Notes under the pieces: generated by a model | Seen by the model: only the letters and a program-made list of their open reading frames with translations | Told to the model about the DNA's origin: nothing | The model's database searches: none | Shown: in pieces, positions 50,750-63,366 of the stretch | Position numbering within the stretch: the stretch's first letter is position 1 | Layout: each line of letters starts with the position of its first letter | Assembly: GCF_044704955.1 (NCBI RefSeq) | Contig: NC_091999.1 | Coordinates: 50,158,001 to 50,222,000, forward strand | Direction: 5' to 3' | Length of the DNA: 64,000 bases | From: Pristiophorus japonicus | Lineage: Eukaryota | Made by a program: the position numbers and the translations under genes

Positions 50750-51715
50750 AACTGAATCTCCCATCGCCCCACCAGAGAGAGGTGAAATGGAAATTGTTAT
50801 CCCCCTGTACCTTCCACTACACCACCAGAGAGAGATGAAAGGGCAATTATTCATCCACTGTAAGACCATTGCCATACCAAAGAGTGGTGAAATGGCAATT
50901 CTGAACCCACTTGTGCTTCCCACTGCCCCACCAGAGTGAGGGGAAACGGCAATTGTTAATGCACTGTAACTTCACTCCGTCTCTGCAAGATTCTACAAGT
51001 TCCCTGGCAGGACAGACGCGCCAAAATTAGCGTCCTCGTGCAGGCCAACATCCCAGCATCGAAGCACTGACCACACTTGATCAGCTGCTCTGGGCAGGCC
51101 ACATTGTCTGCATGCCAGACACGAGACTCCCAAAGCAAGCGCTCGACTCGGAACTCGCCCATGGCAAATGAGCCAAAGGTGGGCAGGGGAAACGTTATAA
51201 GGGACCACAAAGCCTCCCTGATAAAGTGCGACATCCCCACTGACACTTGAGAGTCCCTGGCCAAAGACCGTCCTAAATGGAGGAAGGGAGGAAGTACATC
51301 CGGGAGGGCGCTGAGCCCCTCGTGTCTCGTCGCCGAGAGCATTCAGACATCAAGCGCAGGCAGTGGAAGGAACGTGCGGCAAACGTGTAAAATCTTCCCC
51401 TTCCCGCAACCACGGTCTTTCCCACCTGTGACAGAGACTGTGGTTCCCTATTGGACTGTACAGCCACGTAAGAAATCAGGCTAAGAGTGGAAGCAATTCT
51501 TCCTTGATTGCGAGGGACTGCCTTTGATGATGTAAACCCTCTCCCCCACCAGAGAGAGGGGAAAGGGCAATTGTTAACTAACTGTCCCGCCCACTACCCC
51601 AGCATAGTGAGGGGAATCTGCAATTGTTAACCCAATGTATCCGACTTCCGCACAAGCGAGAGGGCAAAGGGCAATTGTTAAATCATTGTACCCCTCAATG
51701 TCACCAGAGAGAGAT
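50750..51715. repeat. ~55-60-bp degenerate minisatellite interrupted by an RTE fragment
   Basis: CCACCAGAGAGAGGGGAAAGGGCAATTGTTA-like units on both sides of 50978-51533. Confidence 0.75.
50978..51533 (+). mobile_element. RTE-clade LINE 3' fragment
   Basis: LCKILQVPWQDRR...QLLWAGHIVCMPDTRLPKQAL.SEL, typical RTE C-terminus; (GAT)n-like tail. Confidence 0.85.
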
Positions 51716-51834
51716 GCCCATCGATTCATTTGTTGCATTCCGTCAGCTGATGTCACATTGTGTCTCACAATGAACACATTTACACAGAGCGAGGAAGAAT
51801 GCGTGGAAACGTTAGTAGTGTATGTTTTTGTGGA

Positions 51835-52480
51835 AGTTCACACTTACATATAAACACAACACGGATTTACACATAAACACACAGCGACTTACACATAAAC
51901 ACACACATTGACACACTGACACAAGATATTACGCATACCCAGAATATAATACACACCGTCATTGTCAGAACCACAGCACCATTAATATGACAGCAAAAAT
52001 AAACACACCCTTAAATAAAACAGAAGCACTAACACACACACACACACACACACAAACACACACACTTTCACTTGCATAAACACATATTCAACACAAATTA
52101 ACTAACGCATAGCACACACACACATTTACATGCGAACACACAGAGTTATACATAAATGCACACATTGTTACCCATAAACATACACAACACGTACACATAA
52201 CCATACACAAACACATTAAAACACGCACATGAACGTACTTACAAAGAATAGACATATTTAAACATAACCACAAACAATTGCATATATACACATAAAGGCT
52301 TACATGTAAACATACACAAACTTACAAAAATACACAAACACTTAAACATAAATATAAATATATGGAATGACACATTAAAACATTCAAACTTACATATCAA
52401 CATATATCAACACACAAACACAGACAACACCAAAAGAAGAGATCGTCATACACACAAACACAAACACTAAAGTGCAAAAA
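51835..52480. repeat. AC-rich low-complexity tract including (AC)n
   Basis: Read directly; purest run at ~52032-52065. Confidence 0.85.
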
Positions 52481-53107
52481 ATACGTCAGGTAACAGACGA
52501 ATATAGAATTAAAATAAATTCTTTGAACAGACAGTCTGCAACGATTGTATTAAATAAATCATTTCTGATACCATAATATCTAACATTATATATTCTGGTC
52601 CTGAACGCAAACTGAATCAAAGTTCTTAGTTGGAAACTCATGCAAATTAATTATGTTCAGAACCTTGACTACCACAAATTAATCCAGATTATAACTCACA
52701 TCTGATGTCTTACCCTGTCCCTTTGACAGTCTCCGAATAATTAGCTATCTGAAGCTATTGTTAAATTAATCGATATCATTCAGTATAGTTCCCCCGATAT
52801 TACATCATACTATTCCCGAATGGTAAATCCTATGAAATTGATGCAAAATCAATTAGCCTGTGACATTGAAGGAAAACTGTCATATTTTCCAAAACCGACT
52901 ATAGAAGGATCATAAAGAAAGAACGACTGTGGAATTAGAAACACAGATAGATTACTGAGCGTGATTAACTTAACACAGGACATACATTGAACATTAAAAT
53001 AGAGAATAATCTAACACCTTAAAAAAAGAAAATAGAATACGTAATAATAAGATGAGATCTTGGGTTAACAAACGATCTGAATATATTTCCTCCCCTACAT
53101 CCCGTAG

Positions 53108-53235
53108 ATTCCTCAGACCACATCTGGAGTGAAGAGTATGAGGACGAGAGCAGCAACTTCTGGACAACCGCTTCCACATTCATCATCTTGATCTTCCTGA
53201 ACATTTCCTACAACGCTGCCATCACTCCGGTGAAG
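53108..53235 (+). pseudogene. IGHM: IgM TM1 exon
   Basis: TAG acceptor and GTGAG donor; DSSDHIWSEEYEDESSNFWTTASTFIILIFLNISYNAAITPVK, an Ig TM motif with substitutions. Confidence 0.92.
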
Positions 53236-53373
53236 GTGAGAAGATTCAATGCACTCAGTTCGAGTTGATTGAAGAGGTTTGACAAATCTCTAAATATTTC
53301 ATTGATAACAACCCTGAAATTAATGCCCCAAACCACTAAAACGCTGCTTCAAACTTTTATCCCTCTTTTACAG

Positions 53374-53382
53374 GTCAACTGA
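53374..53382 (+). pseudogene. IGHM: IgM TM2 exon (coding part)
   Basis: CTTTTACAG|GTC AAC TGA = VN* (canonical VK*); AATAAA at 53795-53800. Confidence 0.75.
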
Positions 53383-53967
53383 TTGACTGAATTTCGGCCG
53401 CCGGGGATTTTTCTCCTCTGGTTGTTAACTGTGTCTTGAAAATAAATTATGTCCTCTTGGTGATTCCCGGAGTAAATTGCCTTCAATTTTTTCATTTCTC
53501 TGTTTGAAATGTGTGAGATAACCGTGGCTATAATGTAAATGTATCTCGGAGTCAAACAATTGTTTGAATATCTCATGTGTACATAAGTCACTTTTATCAT
53601 TCATGATTCACAATTATTCACTTCCCTTGGTGTTGAACATCTGTTTCTCTCTCCCTGATGTCTGTTAGAGTTGTACAAATAGCTGGCAGCTCAGACCGAC
53701 TGTGTTCTGGTATTAATGTGACGCTCATTTGTTATATTCAATTTGTGTGAACTTTTGAAAACCTTCTCTGTAAATTGTTCTCTGTGAAATTGTTAATAAA
53801 ACTGCAATGGCAAATGGAATAATTTGGACTGTGCTGAACTTTTACTCCAAGGCTCCTTCACACTGTTCTATTTCCCTATCACACGTTGTTTTATTTCCAT
53901 GAAATTTATTCTTCCCGCGTCCTATCCTGATGTGTTTGAATCCAAGTCCCTTCGGTTAAGGAGCCAC

Positions 53968-53985
53968 TGCGCCACCTAGTGTCCC
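53968..53985 (-). promoter_or_regulatory. CTCF-like motif
   Basis: Minus strand GGACACTAGGTGGCGCA vs consensus CCACYAGRKGGCGC. Confidence 0.6.
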
Positions 53986-54154
53986 ATCAGAGTGACGGCA
54001 CATTTTCCCCTGCCTTGTAACATCATGCACCAGAGGCGGAATGACTGCACAGTGACCAGGCGGTCTCCTCTAATATTATGGCCTTTCACGTGCCATGTTA
54101 TATTAAAGAGCAGGCCTCTGATGCACCATAGTCCGATACAGTATAGTATGTGTC

Positions 54155-54464
54155 AGAGCAAATCTCCCTCTACACTGTCCTAACAAACACTCTCAGGGCA
54201 GGTACAACACAGGTTAAATAAAGAGTAAAGCTCCCTCTGCACTGTCCCATCAAAAACTCCCAGGGCAGGTGCAGTACGGGTTAGATACAGAGAACAGCTC
54301 CATCTACACTTGCACACCACACCCTCCCAGGGCAGGTACAGCACGGGTTAAATATAGAATAAATCTCCCTCTACACCGTCCCATCAAACACACCCAGGTC
54401 AGGAGCAGCACTGGTTAAATACAGATTAAAGCTCACTCTATACTGTCCCATCAAACACTTCCAG
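54155..54464. repeat. 67-bp minisatellite, ~4.6 copies
   Basis: AGAGTAAAGCTCCCTCTACACTGTCCCATCAAACACTCCCAGGGCAGGTACAGCACGGGTTAGATAC-like units at 54155, 54222, 54289, 54356, 54423. Confidence 0.9.
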
Positions 54465-54892
54465 ACACACTAGAGAGCACAAACTCTTGGAATGATTCCC
54501 ACAAACTGGGGCCTAACTGACACACAGACACGCGCTCCAATGTTTCTGTTATACACATATAGAAAGCCAAGAAAGAGACGACAGGTGGAGAGATTTTCTT
54601 TGACAGAGAGGAGATGAGAGTTCACGCGGCATCTGCAGGTACATATGGAGCTTTGTGCCCGTTGGGCACCTACATACAAAATGTGTGATGCACGGGCAAT
54701 ATCAATTTCTGATGTAAAATCATTGTCGTTTTGTTCTACCCAAATATATGATTGACATCCTCCTCTCTGGGAGGGCATTCGTAGAATGTAAGTTTCGTTT
54801 ACGATTCAACTCTTTAAAGGTCACCTGAATGCATATGGTCCATACGGACAGAAATGCGTAGGGTTATCACTGCCAACCGTTCTCCATTATGA

Positions 54893-55700
54893 GGAACATA
54901 CATAAAAACATAAGAATATAAGAAATTGGAACAGGAGTAGGCCATACTGCACCTCGAGCCTGCTCTGCCATTCATGGCGGTTATGATAATGGACTGAGCT
55001 CCACTTTCCTGCCTGCTCCCCATAGCCCCTTATCGTTTAAAACACTGTCTATTTCTATCTTAAGGTTATTCAATGTCCCAGCTTCCACGGCTCTCTGAGG
55101 CAGCGAAGTCCAGACATTTACAACGTTCTTAGAGAGGAAATTTCTCCTCATCTCTGTTCTAATTGGGCGGCCCCATATTTTAAGATCATGCCCTCCAGTT
55201 CTAATCTCCCCCATCAGTGCAAACATCCTCTCTGGATCCACCTTGTCAAGCCCCCTCATAATCTGATACATTTCGATAAGATCACTTCTCATTCTTCTGA
55301 ATTCCAATGAGTCGAGGCCCAAACTACTCAACCTTTCCTCATAAGTCAACCCCCTCATCTCCGGAATCATCCGAGTGAACCTTCTCTGAACTGCCTCCAA
55401 AGCAAGTATATCCTTTCATAAATATGTAAACCAAAACCGCACACAGTTCCAGGTGTGGCCTCCCCAATATCCTGTATAACTGTAGCAAGACTTCCCTGCT
55501 TTTATACTCCATTCTCTTCACAATAATGGCTAAGATGCCAATGGCCTTCCTGATCATTCGCTGTACCTGCATATCATCCTTTTGTGCTTCATGCACAAGT
55601 ACCCTCAGGTGCCGCTGAACTGCGGCACTTTGCAATCTTTTTCCATTTAAATAATAACTGTCTCTTTGATTTTTTTCTGCCAAAGTGCATGATCTCACGT
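54893..55700 (-). mobile_element. CR1 3' fragment
   Basis: AVQRRFTRMIPEMRGL...RRNFL...; tail at ~54895. Confidence 0.9.
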
Positions 55701-55744
55701 TAAACACGACCCGCTGTCACCTCTTCCCTGGACTGCCTTTCTGT

Positions 55745-55945
55745 CTGCTCTGCACTATTCCCTCTGATACCATCTCGCTTAACTCACTGAACATCACCCA
55801 CAGATTTGTTCTCACTGCTCTGCTCCATTCCTTCTGATACCATCTCCCTGAACTCACTGAACATCACCCTGAGGATTCTGTCTTCCTGCTCTGCGCCATT
55901 CCTTCTGATACTATCAACGTGAAATCAGTGAACAACTCCTGCGGA
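55745..55945. repeat. 70-71-bp minisatellite, 3 copies
   Basis: CTGCTCTGC..ATTCC.TCTGATAC...CACTGAACA at 55745, 55815, 55886. Confidence 0.85.
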
Positions 55946-56875
55946 TACGGCAGTCACCTTCGAAGAAACAGCCAATCACTGTGCTATGATGTATGCGAGG
56001 GATTATGGCGTCATCCACGGAATCCAGGTACGCAACTCAGTTGAAGTTAGTACCAGGGACAAACATATTTCCTGATGTTTGATTTCTGATTTAAGCAAAT
56101 TGGAAAAGGAGCCTGAGGTGAAAAGGGCCGAATTTATTGATGCAGGTTTGATCAGGAATATACTACGTGAAAGAGTGGGGAAAAGAATTAATATTAACTT
56201 TAAAAAGGGAATTAGTTAAATATCTAAAAGGAGAAAATTGCAGGGCTTTAGGAAAAGAGTGGGACTAATACGATAGCTCTTTCAAAGTGCCAGCACAGGC
56301 TTAATGTTCTGATTCTAGATTCGAGGCGATGCCAGCGAATGTTGTCATTCTGTTCTCACAATTAACTTTAGCTGCAACCAGTTGGCTTCTGCTTCGTGCA
56401 TGTCGCTAAGATACTCAACCTGCCCAATTGATTGGCTCTGCAGGACATTGCCACGAGTATTAAGAAATCAGTTTATTGTGAGCCCTTCATAAAGGATACT
56501 GTCCTTTGGGTCCATCTCAGTGTGTGTCGGCTCACAGGAACCAATGTGGCAGGATCTGCCCGCCGTTATATACGACTTCAGCAGTCGGAGCCAAGATCTA
56601 CAAAGTGGCGGGAGGTTCTGTATGAGGGTTGAACTGAGTTCCATCACTGTGAGTGCCAGGGCACGTTAATAAACTGCAGGTCCAGTCATCTGCAGCCCAG
56701 AGATGGTTAAACCGGTAAACGTAGTCACAATTTAGAGATCTGCAGAGAAACGTCTCTGGCAAAATATATTACCTTCATAATAGCCGATGTATTTCACCAG
56801 AATAATCTCGATCGCAGGTAGGTTGTGGTAAGTGTTCCCTGTGCTGGTTTAAATTGTGCTAATTAAGAAGGACAT

Positions 56876-58350
56876 TAGAAACATAGAAACATAGAAAATA
56901 GGTGCAGGAGTAGGCCATTCGGCCCTTCTAGCCTGCAGCGCCATTCAATGAGTTCATGGCTGAACATTCAACTTCAGTACCCCATTCCTGCTTTCTCGCC
57001 ATACCCCTTGATCCCCCTAGCAGTAAGGACCTCATCTAACTCCTTTTTGAATATATTTAGTGAATTGGCCTCAACAACTTTCTGTGGTAGAGAATTCCAC
57101 AGGTTCACCACTCTCTGGGTGAAGAAGTTCCTCCGCATCTCGGTCCTAAATGGCTTACCCCTTATCCTTAGACTGTGACCCCTGGTTCTGGACTTCCCCA
57201 ACATTGGGAACATTCTTCCTGCATCTAACCTGTCTAACCCCGTCAGAATTTTATATGTTTCAATGAGATCCCCTCTCATTCTTCTGAAATCCAGTGAATA
57301 CAAGCCCAGTTGATTTAATCTTTCTTGATATGTCAGTCCCGCCATCCCGGGAATCAGTCTGGTGAATCTTCGCTGCACTCCCTCAATAGCAAGAATGTCC
57401 TTCCTCAGGTTAGGAGACCAAAACTGTACACAATACTCCAGGTGTGGCCTCACCAATGCCCTGTACAACTGTAGCAACACCTCCCTGCCCCTGTACTCAA
57501 ATCCCCTTGCTATGAAGGCCAAGATGCCATTTGCTTTCTTAACCGCCTGCTGCACCTGCATGCCAACCTTCAATGACTGATGTACCATGACACCCAGGTC
57601 TCTTTGCACCTGCCCTTTTCCTAATCTGTCACCATTCAGATAATAGTCTGTCTCTCTGTTTTTACCACCAAAGTGGATAACCTCACATTTATCCACATTA
57701 TACTTCATCTGCCATGCATTTGCCCACTCACCTAACCTATCCAAGTCGCTCTGCAGCCTCACAGCATCCTCCTCGCAGCTCACACTGCCACCCAACTTAG
57801 TGTCATCCGCAAATTTGGAGATACTACATTTAATCCCCTCATCTAAATCATTAATGTACAGTGTAAACAGCTGGGGCCCCAGCACAGAACCTTGCGGTAC
57901 CCCACTAGTCACTGCCTGCCATTCTGAAAAGTACCCATTTACTCCTACTCTTTGCTTCCTGTCTGACAACCAGTTCTCAATCCATGTCAGTACACTACCC
58001 CCAATCCCATGTGCTCTAACTTTGCACATCAATCTCTTGTGTGGGACCTTGTCGAACGCCTTCTGAAAGTCCAAATATACCACATCAACTGGTTCTCCCT
58101 TATCCACTCTACTGGAAACATCCTCAAAAAATTCCAGAAGATTTGTCAAGCATGATTTCCCTTTCACAAATCCATGCTGACTTGGACCTATCATGTCACC
58201 TCTTTCCAAATGCACTGCTATGACATCCTTAATAATTGATTCCATCATTTTACCCACTACCGATGTCAGGCTGACCGGTCTATAATTCCCTGTTTTCTCT
58301 CTCCCTCCTTTTTTAAAAAGTGGGGTTACATTGGCTACCCTCCACTCCAT
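56876..58350 (-). mobile_element. Young 5'-truncated CR1 with an uninterrupted RT ORF
   Basis: 459-aa ORF 56974-58353 with all RT motifs; nearly identical to the 45659 copy; (CATAGAAA)n tail. Confidence 0.96.
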
Positions 58351-58576
58351 CAAATGCTGTTACCCAATTAAAGAATTTGGTGCCTTTTACGAGGAGAAGA
58401 ATTGCATGCAATGCTTCTTTACTTTCTGTTATACCTCCCTGCCAAACAGTTGCTCACTTTACTGAGTATAGCAGCTTGCAATGGGAAATAGAATTTAAAT
58501 TTTAAGGTGTTGTTCGTGACATTGTAATAGCGCCCATATCGTACCATCATATCATTATATTGTGGCTGGTGCAGGA

Positions 58577-59875
58577 TCATAGAATCATAGAATGGGTTAC
58601 AGCATAAATTGACACATTTCGGCCTGTGGAGCCCCTGTCCGCACTCTGCAAGAGCACCTCAGCTATTCCCACTCCCCACCTTTTCCTCATAGCCCTGCAT
58701 TTTTCCCCTTTAATTAGCTATCCAACATCCTTTTGAAAACTACGATTGAACTTGCCACCACCATCCTTTCAGGCAGTGCTTTCCAGATCATAACCACTCG
58801 CTGCATAAAAAAGTTATTCCTCAAGTCGCCTTTGGTTCTTTTGCCAGTCCACTTAAATCTGTGTCCTCTTGTTCTCGAACCTTCCGCCAATGGGAAGAGT
58901 TTCGCCCTGTCTTTTCTGTCCCGAACACTCATGATTTTGAACACCTCTATCAAATGTCCTCTCAAGGTTCCCTGCACCAGAGAACAACTCCAGCTTCTCC
59001 AGTCTATGCACGTAAATGAAATCCCTCATCCCTGTAACCATTGTTCTAATTTTTCTGCACTCTCTCGAAGGCCTTCACATCCTTCCTAAAGTGTGATGCA
59101 CAGCATTGGATACAACATCCAGTTGAGCACGAACCAGTGTTTTATAGAGGATTATCTTAACTTCCATGCTTTGGTACGCTATGCCTCTATTTATGAAGCC
59201 CAGGATGGCGATTGTTGTTTTAACTGCTTTCTCAACCTGCCACTCTCAACGATTTGTGAACGTGTATCCCAGGTTTCTCTGTTCATGCACCCCCTTTAGG
59301 ATTGTACCCTTTAATTTATACTGCTTCTCCTCGTTCTTCCTTCCAAAATGTTACACTTCACACTTTTCTGCATTGGATTTCATCTGCCACGGATCCGCCC
59401 ATTCCAACAGCCTGCGGTGCCCTTTTGAAGTCTATCACTGTCCGCGTCAATGTTCACCATACTTCTAAGTTTTGTGTCGTCTGTAAATTTTGCAATTGAG
59501 ACAAGTACACCCAAGTCCAATTCATTAATATATATCAAGAAAAGCAACGTTCCTGATAAAGAGTCCTGGGTAACACTGATATCAGTCAGAAACACATTCC
59601 ATTCATCACTAATCCCTCTTTCCTGTCATTCAGCTAATTTGGTAACCATGCTGCAACTTTCCCTCTTACTCTATGGGCTTCTACTTTGCAGGCAAACGTA
59701 TTAGCTGGCACTTCGACTTTTTGGAAGTTCATGTATACCACATCAACCGCATTGCCCTCAACTACTCTCTCTGTTACCAACGTAAAAAAACTCAATCAAG
59801 TTATTTAAACACAATTTACCTTTAACAACTGCATACTGGCGTCCTTTAATTAATCCATACTTGTCCAAGTGACTA
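58577..59875 (-). mobile_element. Old CR1 fragment
   Basis: KFTDDTK, RGHLIEVFKIM, FFMQRVVMIWKALP; CATAGAAT tail. Confidence 0.85.
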
Positions 59876-60291
59876 AATTTTGTCTCTATTTTTCGCAGGA
59901 TCACAGAGACTGCTGCCATGATCCACCACTCGCAATAGTCCTGAGAGTTATGGATCAAGGATATTCAGAGCGGTCTCTACAGGATAACAACTGGTTGTCA
60001 CATAGTCGCATAATCCTGACTCTAAGAAGGAAAGAAAGAAAGTACTGGATTTATATAGCACCTTTTACAACGAGTGGAAGTCTCAAAGCGCTTTACAGCC
60101 AGTGAAATACTTTTTGAAAGTGTAGTCACTGTTGTAATGCAGTGAGCCGATGGTGATTCTTGAGAGCACGATAGAATGGAAAAGTATCTGTTAGCATTGG
60201 TTTGATAATACTACTCTGAGGAAACAAACCGCCGGCAGTACTGAAAAAGGGCCCTCTGATTAAATATAATCTTAATTACACGCAAATCAGT

Positions 60292-60382
60292 TGTACGATT
60301 TCTCACACATGGATGTCAAGATGTACGATATCGCGCATGTGGATGTCGAGATATTCAATTTCTCAGACTTGGATGTCGAGAT
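60292..60382. repeat. 30-bp tandem repeat, 3 copies
   Basis: TGTACGATTTCTCACACATGGATGTCAAGA-like units. Confidence 0.75.
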
Positions 60383-60491
60383 GGGCCATGTTATTGGGGC
60401 TGATGGAGCTGGACAAAGCTGGTTCAGAACTGACAGGACAGGATGGCCCACTGGGTGTGATGTAATGCAGAATTAACACGAAAATACATTT

Positions 60492-61397
60492 TTATAATTT
60501 GATTAATTTTATAATGAGATTAATTGGATATTTCAGCGCATCCATTAACTCCTCTCTGAATTTACTCTGGATCACTCCATAAATACACGTGTTTGTGCAG
60601 GAACTCAAAAGCTGAAGACTATTTCCGGTTTCTTGGAGAATACATTTTGGGTCTTTGAAATTGGAACCTGAGAAATAATTATTCTTTGTAATTCGGACAT
60701 ACAAGAAATTTACAACGTACACTGTCCATAATAGGATGAAACTGCCCGAGATGGTAAAGTGTAAAACGATTAATTTTCTCCGGCTCTCCAACTCTGGGTC
60801 GCTTTGATTCTCTCCATTGATGTGGGCCCGGAGCCTTCTGCGGGTTCTGCTCGTCGCTAGAATATGTCTGACGGTCAGAGCATTGAGCAGCAATATCAGG
60901 AGAAAGTCATGGCGTTAAAATTCTGTCAATCCATTCATATACTATCCATAGAGGAGAACGATAAAATATTACTTTGATGTTACATAACCATGGGACATTG
61001 TCAGTTATGAACATAGGTTCATAAGTGAGATAAGAAGTGATGTTTTTTTAAACAGCCAGGGCACCGACCATGACTATAATCAGAGCTGCACTTTTCTCAG
61101 TGCAATATTTTGTTTTCAGTTTCTGGCATCATATCGCCACAAATCGATCGAAGGTGAAAGCGACTGTTAACCAGATGGAACTATCCGTGGCTACATAAAT
61201 TAGGATAGATGTTATAGTACAGCCTGGAGTAGTGGACAGCAGACTAAATTGAAAATAAATTCCACTGATCCGGTTTAATATCACAGCGGTGATAATGACC
61301 AGGAGATCTGCCACTGCCATGGACAGCAGGTACTAAGTGATACATCTGGAAAGACCGCACTTTCCTCGGGACAGGATCACAATTATCACCAAGTTAG
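60492..61397 (-). pseudogene. GPR139/GPR142-like rhodopsin-family GPCR, exon 2, disabled
   Basis: CTGCAG acceptor; NLVIIVILSRGKCGLSRCIT*YLLSMAVADLL...WLTVAFTFDRFVAI*CQKLKTKYCTEK...LLNALTVRHIL...DPELESRRK...LLSSCTNTCIY..QSKFREEL; stops at 61333, 61129 and ~61049; frameshift ~60905. Confidence 0.9.
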
Positions 61398-61789
61398 CTG
61401 CAGGAAATAGACAGAAAAGAAAACAGTAACATTAAGTATCACTCCTCCTTGATGTTTATTTATTTTGATCATATTTCAGCCTCGCGATGGGAATGATTCA
61501 GTGACCTGTCGGCAGAGATTGATCTGTTAAGATTTGAATAATGTTTGAGGAAGGGAAGCAGGAACAGCGAAAGTGAAGGAGCGTGGGCGGACTAAAGCAA
61601 TGAATGAGGAGCAGGACAGTGAGAACAGGCCAAGGAGTTTTAGGTGCAACTTCGTGACTACAACCGTTTATCGTTCACTGATTGCCATCCATTTAATGAC
61701 TCAGAATATCCCTTCAATAATTGCATGGCTAAAATCACACGTCAATCATGCAATCACTCAATCAGTTCAGAAATTCGATCATATAGACT

Positions 61790-62660
61790 CATAGATTCAT
61801 AGAAGCTTACAGCACGGAAGGAGGCCATTTAAGGCCCTCGACCAACAAGAAGCTTTTCAGCTTAATCACACGTTCCAGCTCTAGGTCTGTAATCCTGCAG
61901 GTTACGGCACCTATGGTGCATATCCAAGTACTTTTTAAATGTGGTGAGGTGTTCTGCCTCTACCATCCTTTCAGGCAGTGAGTTCCAGAACTCTCTGCAT
62001 GAAGAAATTCCCCTCAAATCCCCTTTAAAACTTTTAATTATTTTAAATTGATGTATCCTGGTTGTTGATCCCTCTGCTAATGGCAATTAACCCTTTCTAT
62101 CCACTATATCTAGGCCCGTCATAACTTTAAACACATCAATGAAGTTTCCCCTCTGTTCCAAGAAAAACAAATCCAGCCTATCCAATCTGTCCTCGTGGCT
62201 AATATTCCCCACTACCGGCAACATGCTCGTAAATCTCCAGTTCAATCATCTCCTTCCTGCAATGCGGTGACCAGAACTGCACACAATACTTCAGCTGTGG
62301 CCTAACCAGTGTTTTATACAGTTGACGCATAAGCCCCCCCTGCTCTTGAATTTTATGCCGCGGCTAATAAATGCAAGCTTTAATTATGCCTTATTAATCA
62401 CCTTATCTACCTGTCCTACTAACTTCAGGGATCTGTGGACATGCACTCCAACGTCTCTTTGTCCCTCGACACTTCTCAGTGAACCATTTAATGTGTATTG
62501 CCTTTCCTTGTCAACCTTCCCCAAATGCATTACCTCACAAACCTCTGGATTAAATTCAATTTGCCACTGTTCTGCCCACCTGACCCGTTGATAGACATTT
62601 TCCTGCTGTCTGCACCTTTATTCTTCATTATCAACCACACAGTTGATTTTAGTATCGTTT
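61790..62660 (-). mobile_element. Old CR1 3' fragment in the GPCR intron
   Basis: FWNSLPERMVEA..FKKYLD; [14 protein letters not shown]. Confidence 0.85.
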
Positions 62661-63296
62661 CAACGCAATAGTCAGAAATAGATGCATTTTAATAACCCTT
62701 TACACGCATCATTTCTGGACATTTGTCCGTCGACAGCATTTGTGAACCTGTGTTTGATCACCAGAATTAACTGTACTGATAAAAAGTGGCGGGAAATACA
62801 TATCAAGACACACATTATTGACTGATCATTGTCGCATCGGTTCACTTCATATTTTTGCATTAGTCACACGATTCTTACTTTTTAAAAATAACGACTTTTG
62901 ACTTGAACAGAGATTATTAGCTGAAGGCAGTGCGAATATAGATCTGGGACACGAAGTCACGCTGATGCAGAATAATGTTGTAATAAATTTTGCTTTGGAC
63001 ACCCGGGGAACTTTACAATTCCAATAAAATGTCACACTGAACAGGGATACAGAAGACACATACTCTGACTCAGGGAGATTTGAAATGAGACCAGAAAACC
63101 TGGAAGGTCAAGCAACATCTGTGGAGAGAGAAAATGAGTTAATGTAGCAGATCAGTGATCTTTCATCAGAACACAATGAACAAAGCGGCTGTGAAGCAAA
63201 ATCTCGAAACACAAAATGCCAAATCGGGTAAAGATGCAGATCATCAGCAGAAACCGTGATATCCTTAACAACCAATGACTTGCTGTAATACCTTAC

Positions 63297-63366
63297 CTGG
63301 AACACCGACAGCAGCGAGAAGCGGATAGTAAATGGCAAGTATTGGACTGTTTCCAGGTGCGTGCAT
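63297..63366 (-). pseudogene. GPR139-like GPCR exon 1
   Basis: MHAPGNSPILAIYYPLLAAVGVP-G|GTAAGG; 70 nt, phase 1, joins exon 2 in frame (G+CT) to complete TM1 as GVPAN. Confidence 0.85.

Noticed and set aside
52640-52647. Octamer ATGCAAAT in the Cmu4-TM1 intron as an Ig enhancer
   Set aside because: Single 8-mer in AT-rich DNA; the same word occurs at ~7789 and ~9039 in unrelated sequence
56974-58353. 459-aa RT ORF as a host or novel gene
   Set aside because: Ordinary 5'-truncated CR1 ORF2 lacking endonuclease and promoter
60291-60476. Small ORF with 10-aa repeats
   Set aside because: Product of a 30-bp tandem repeat; no splice or promoter support
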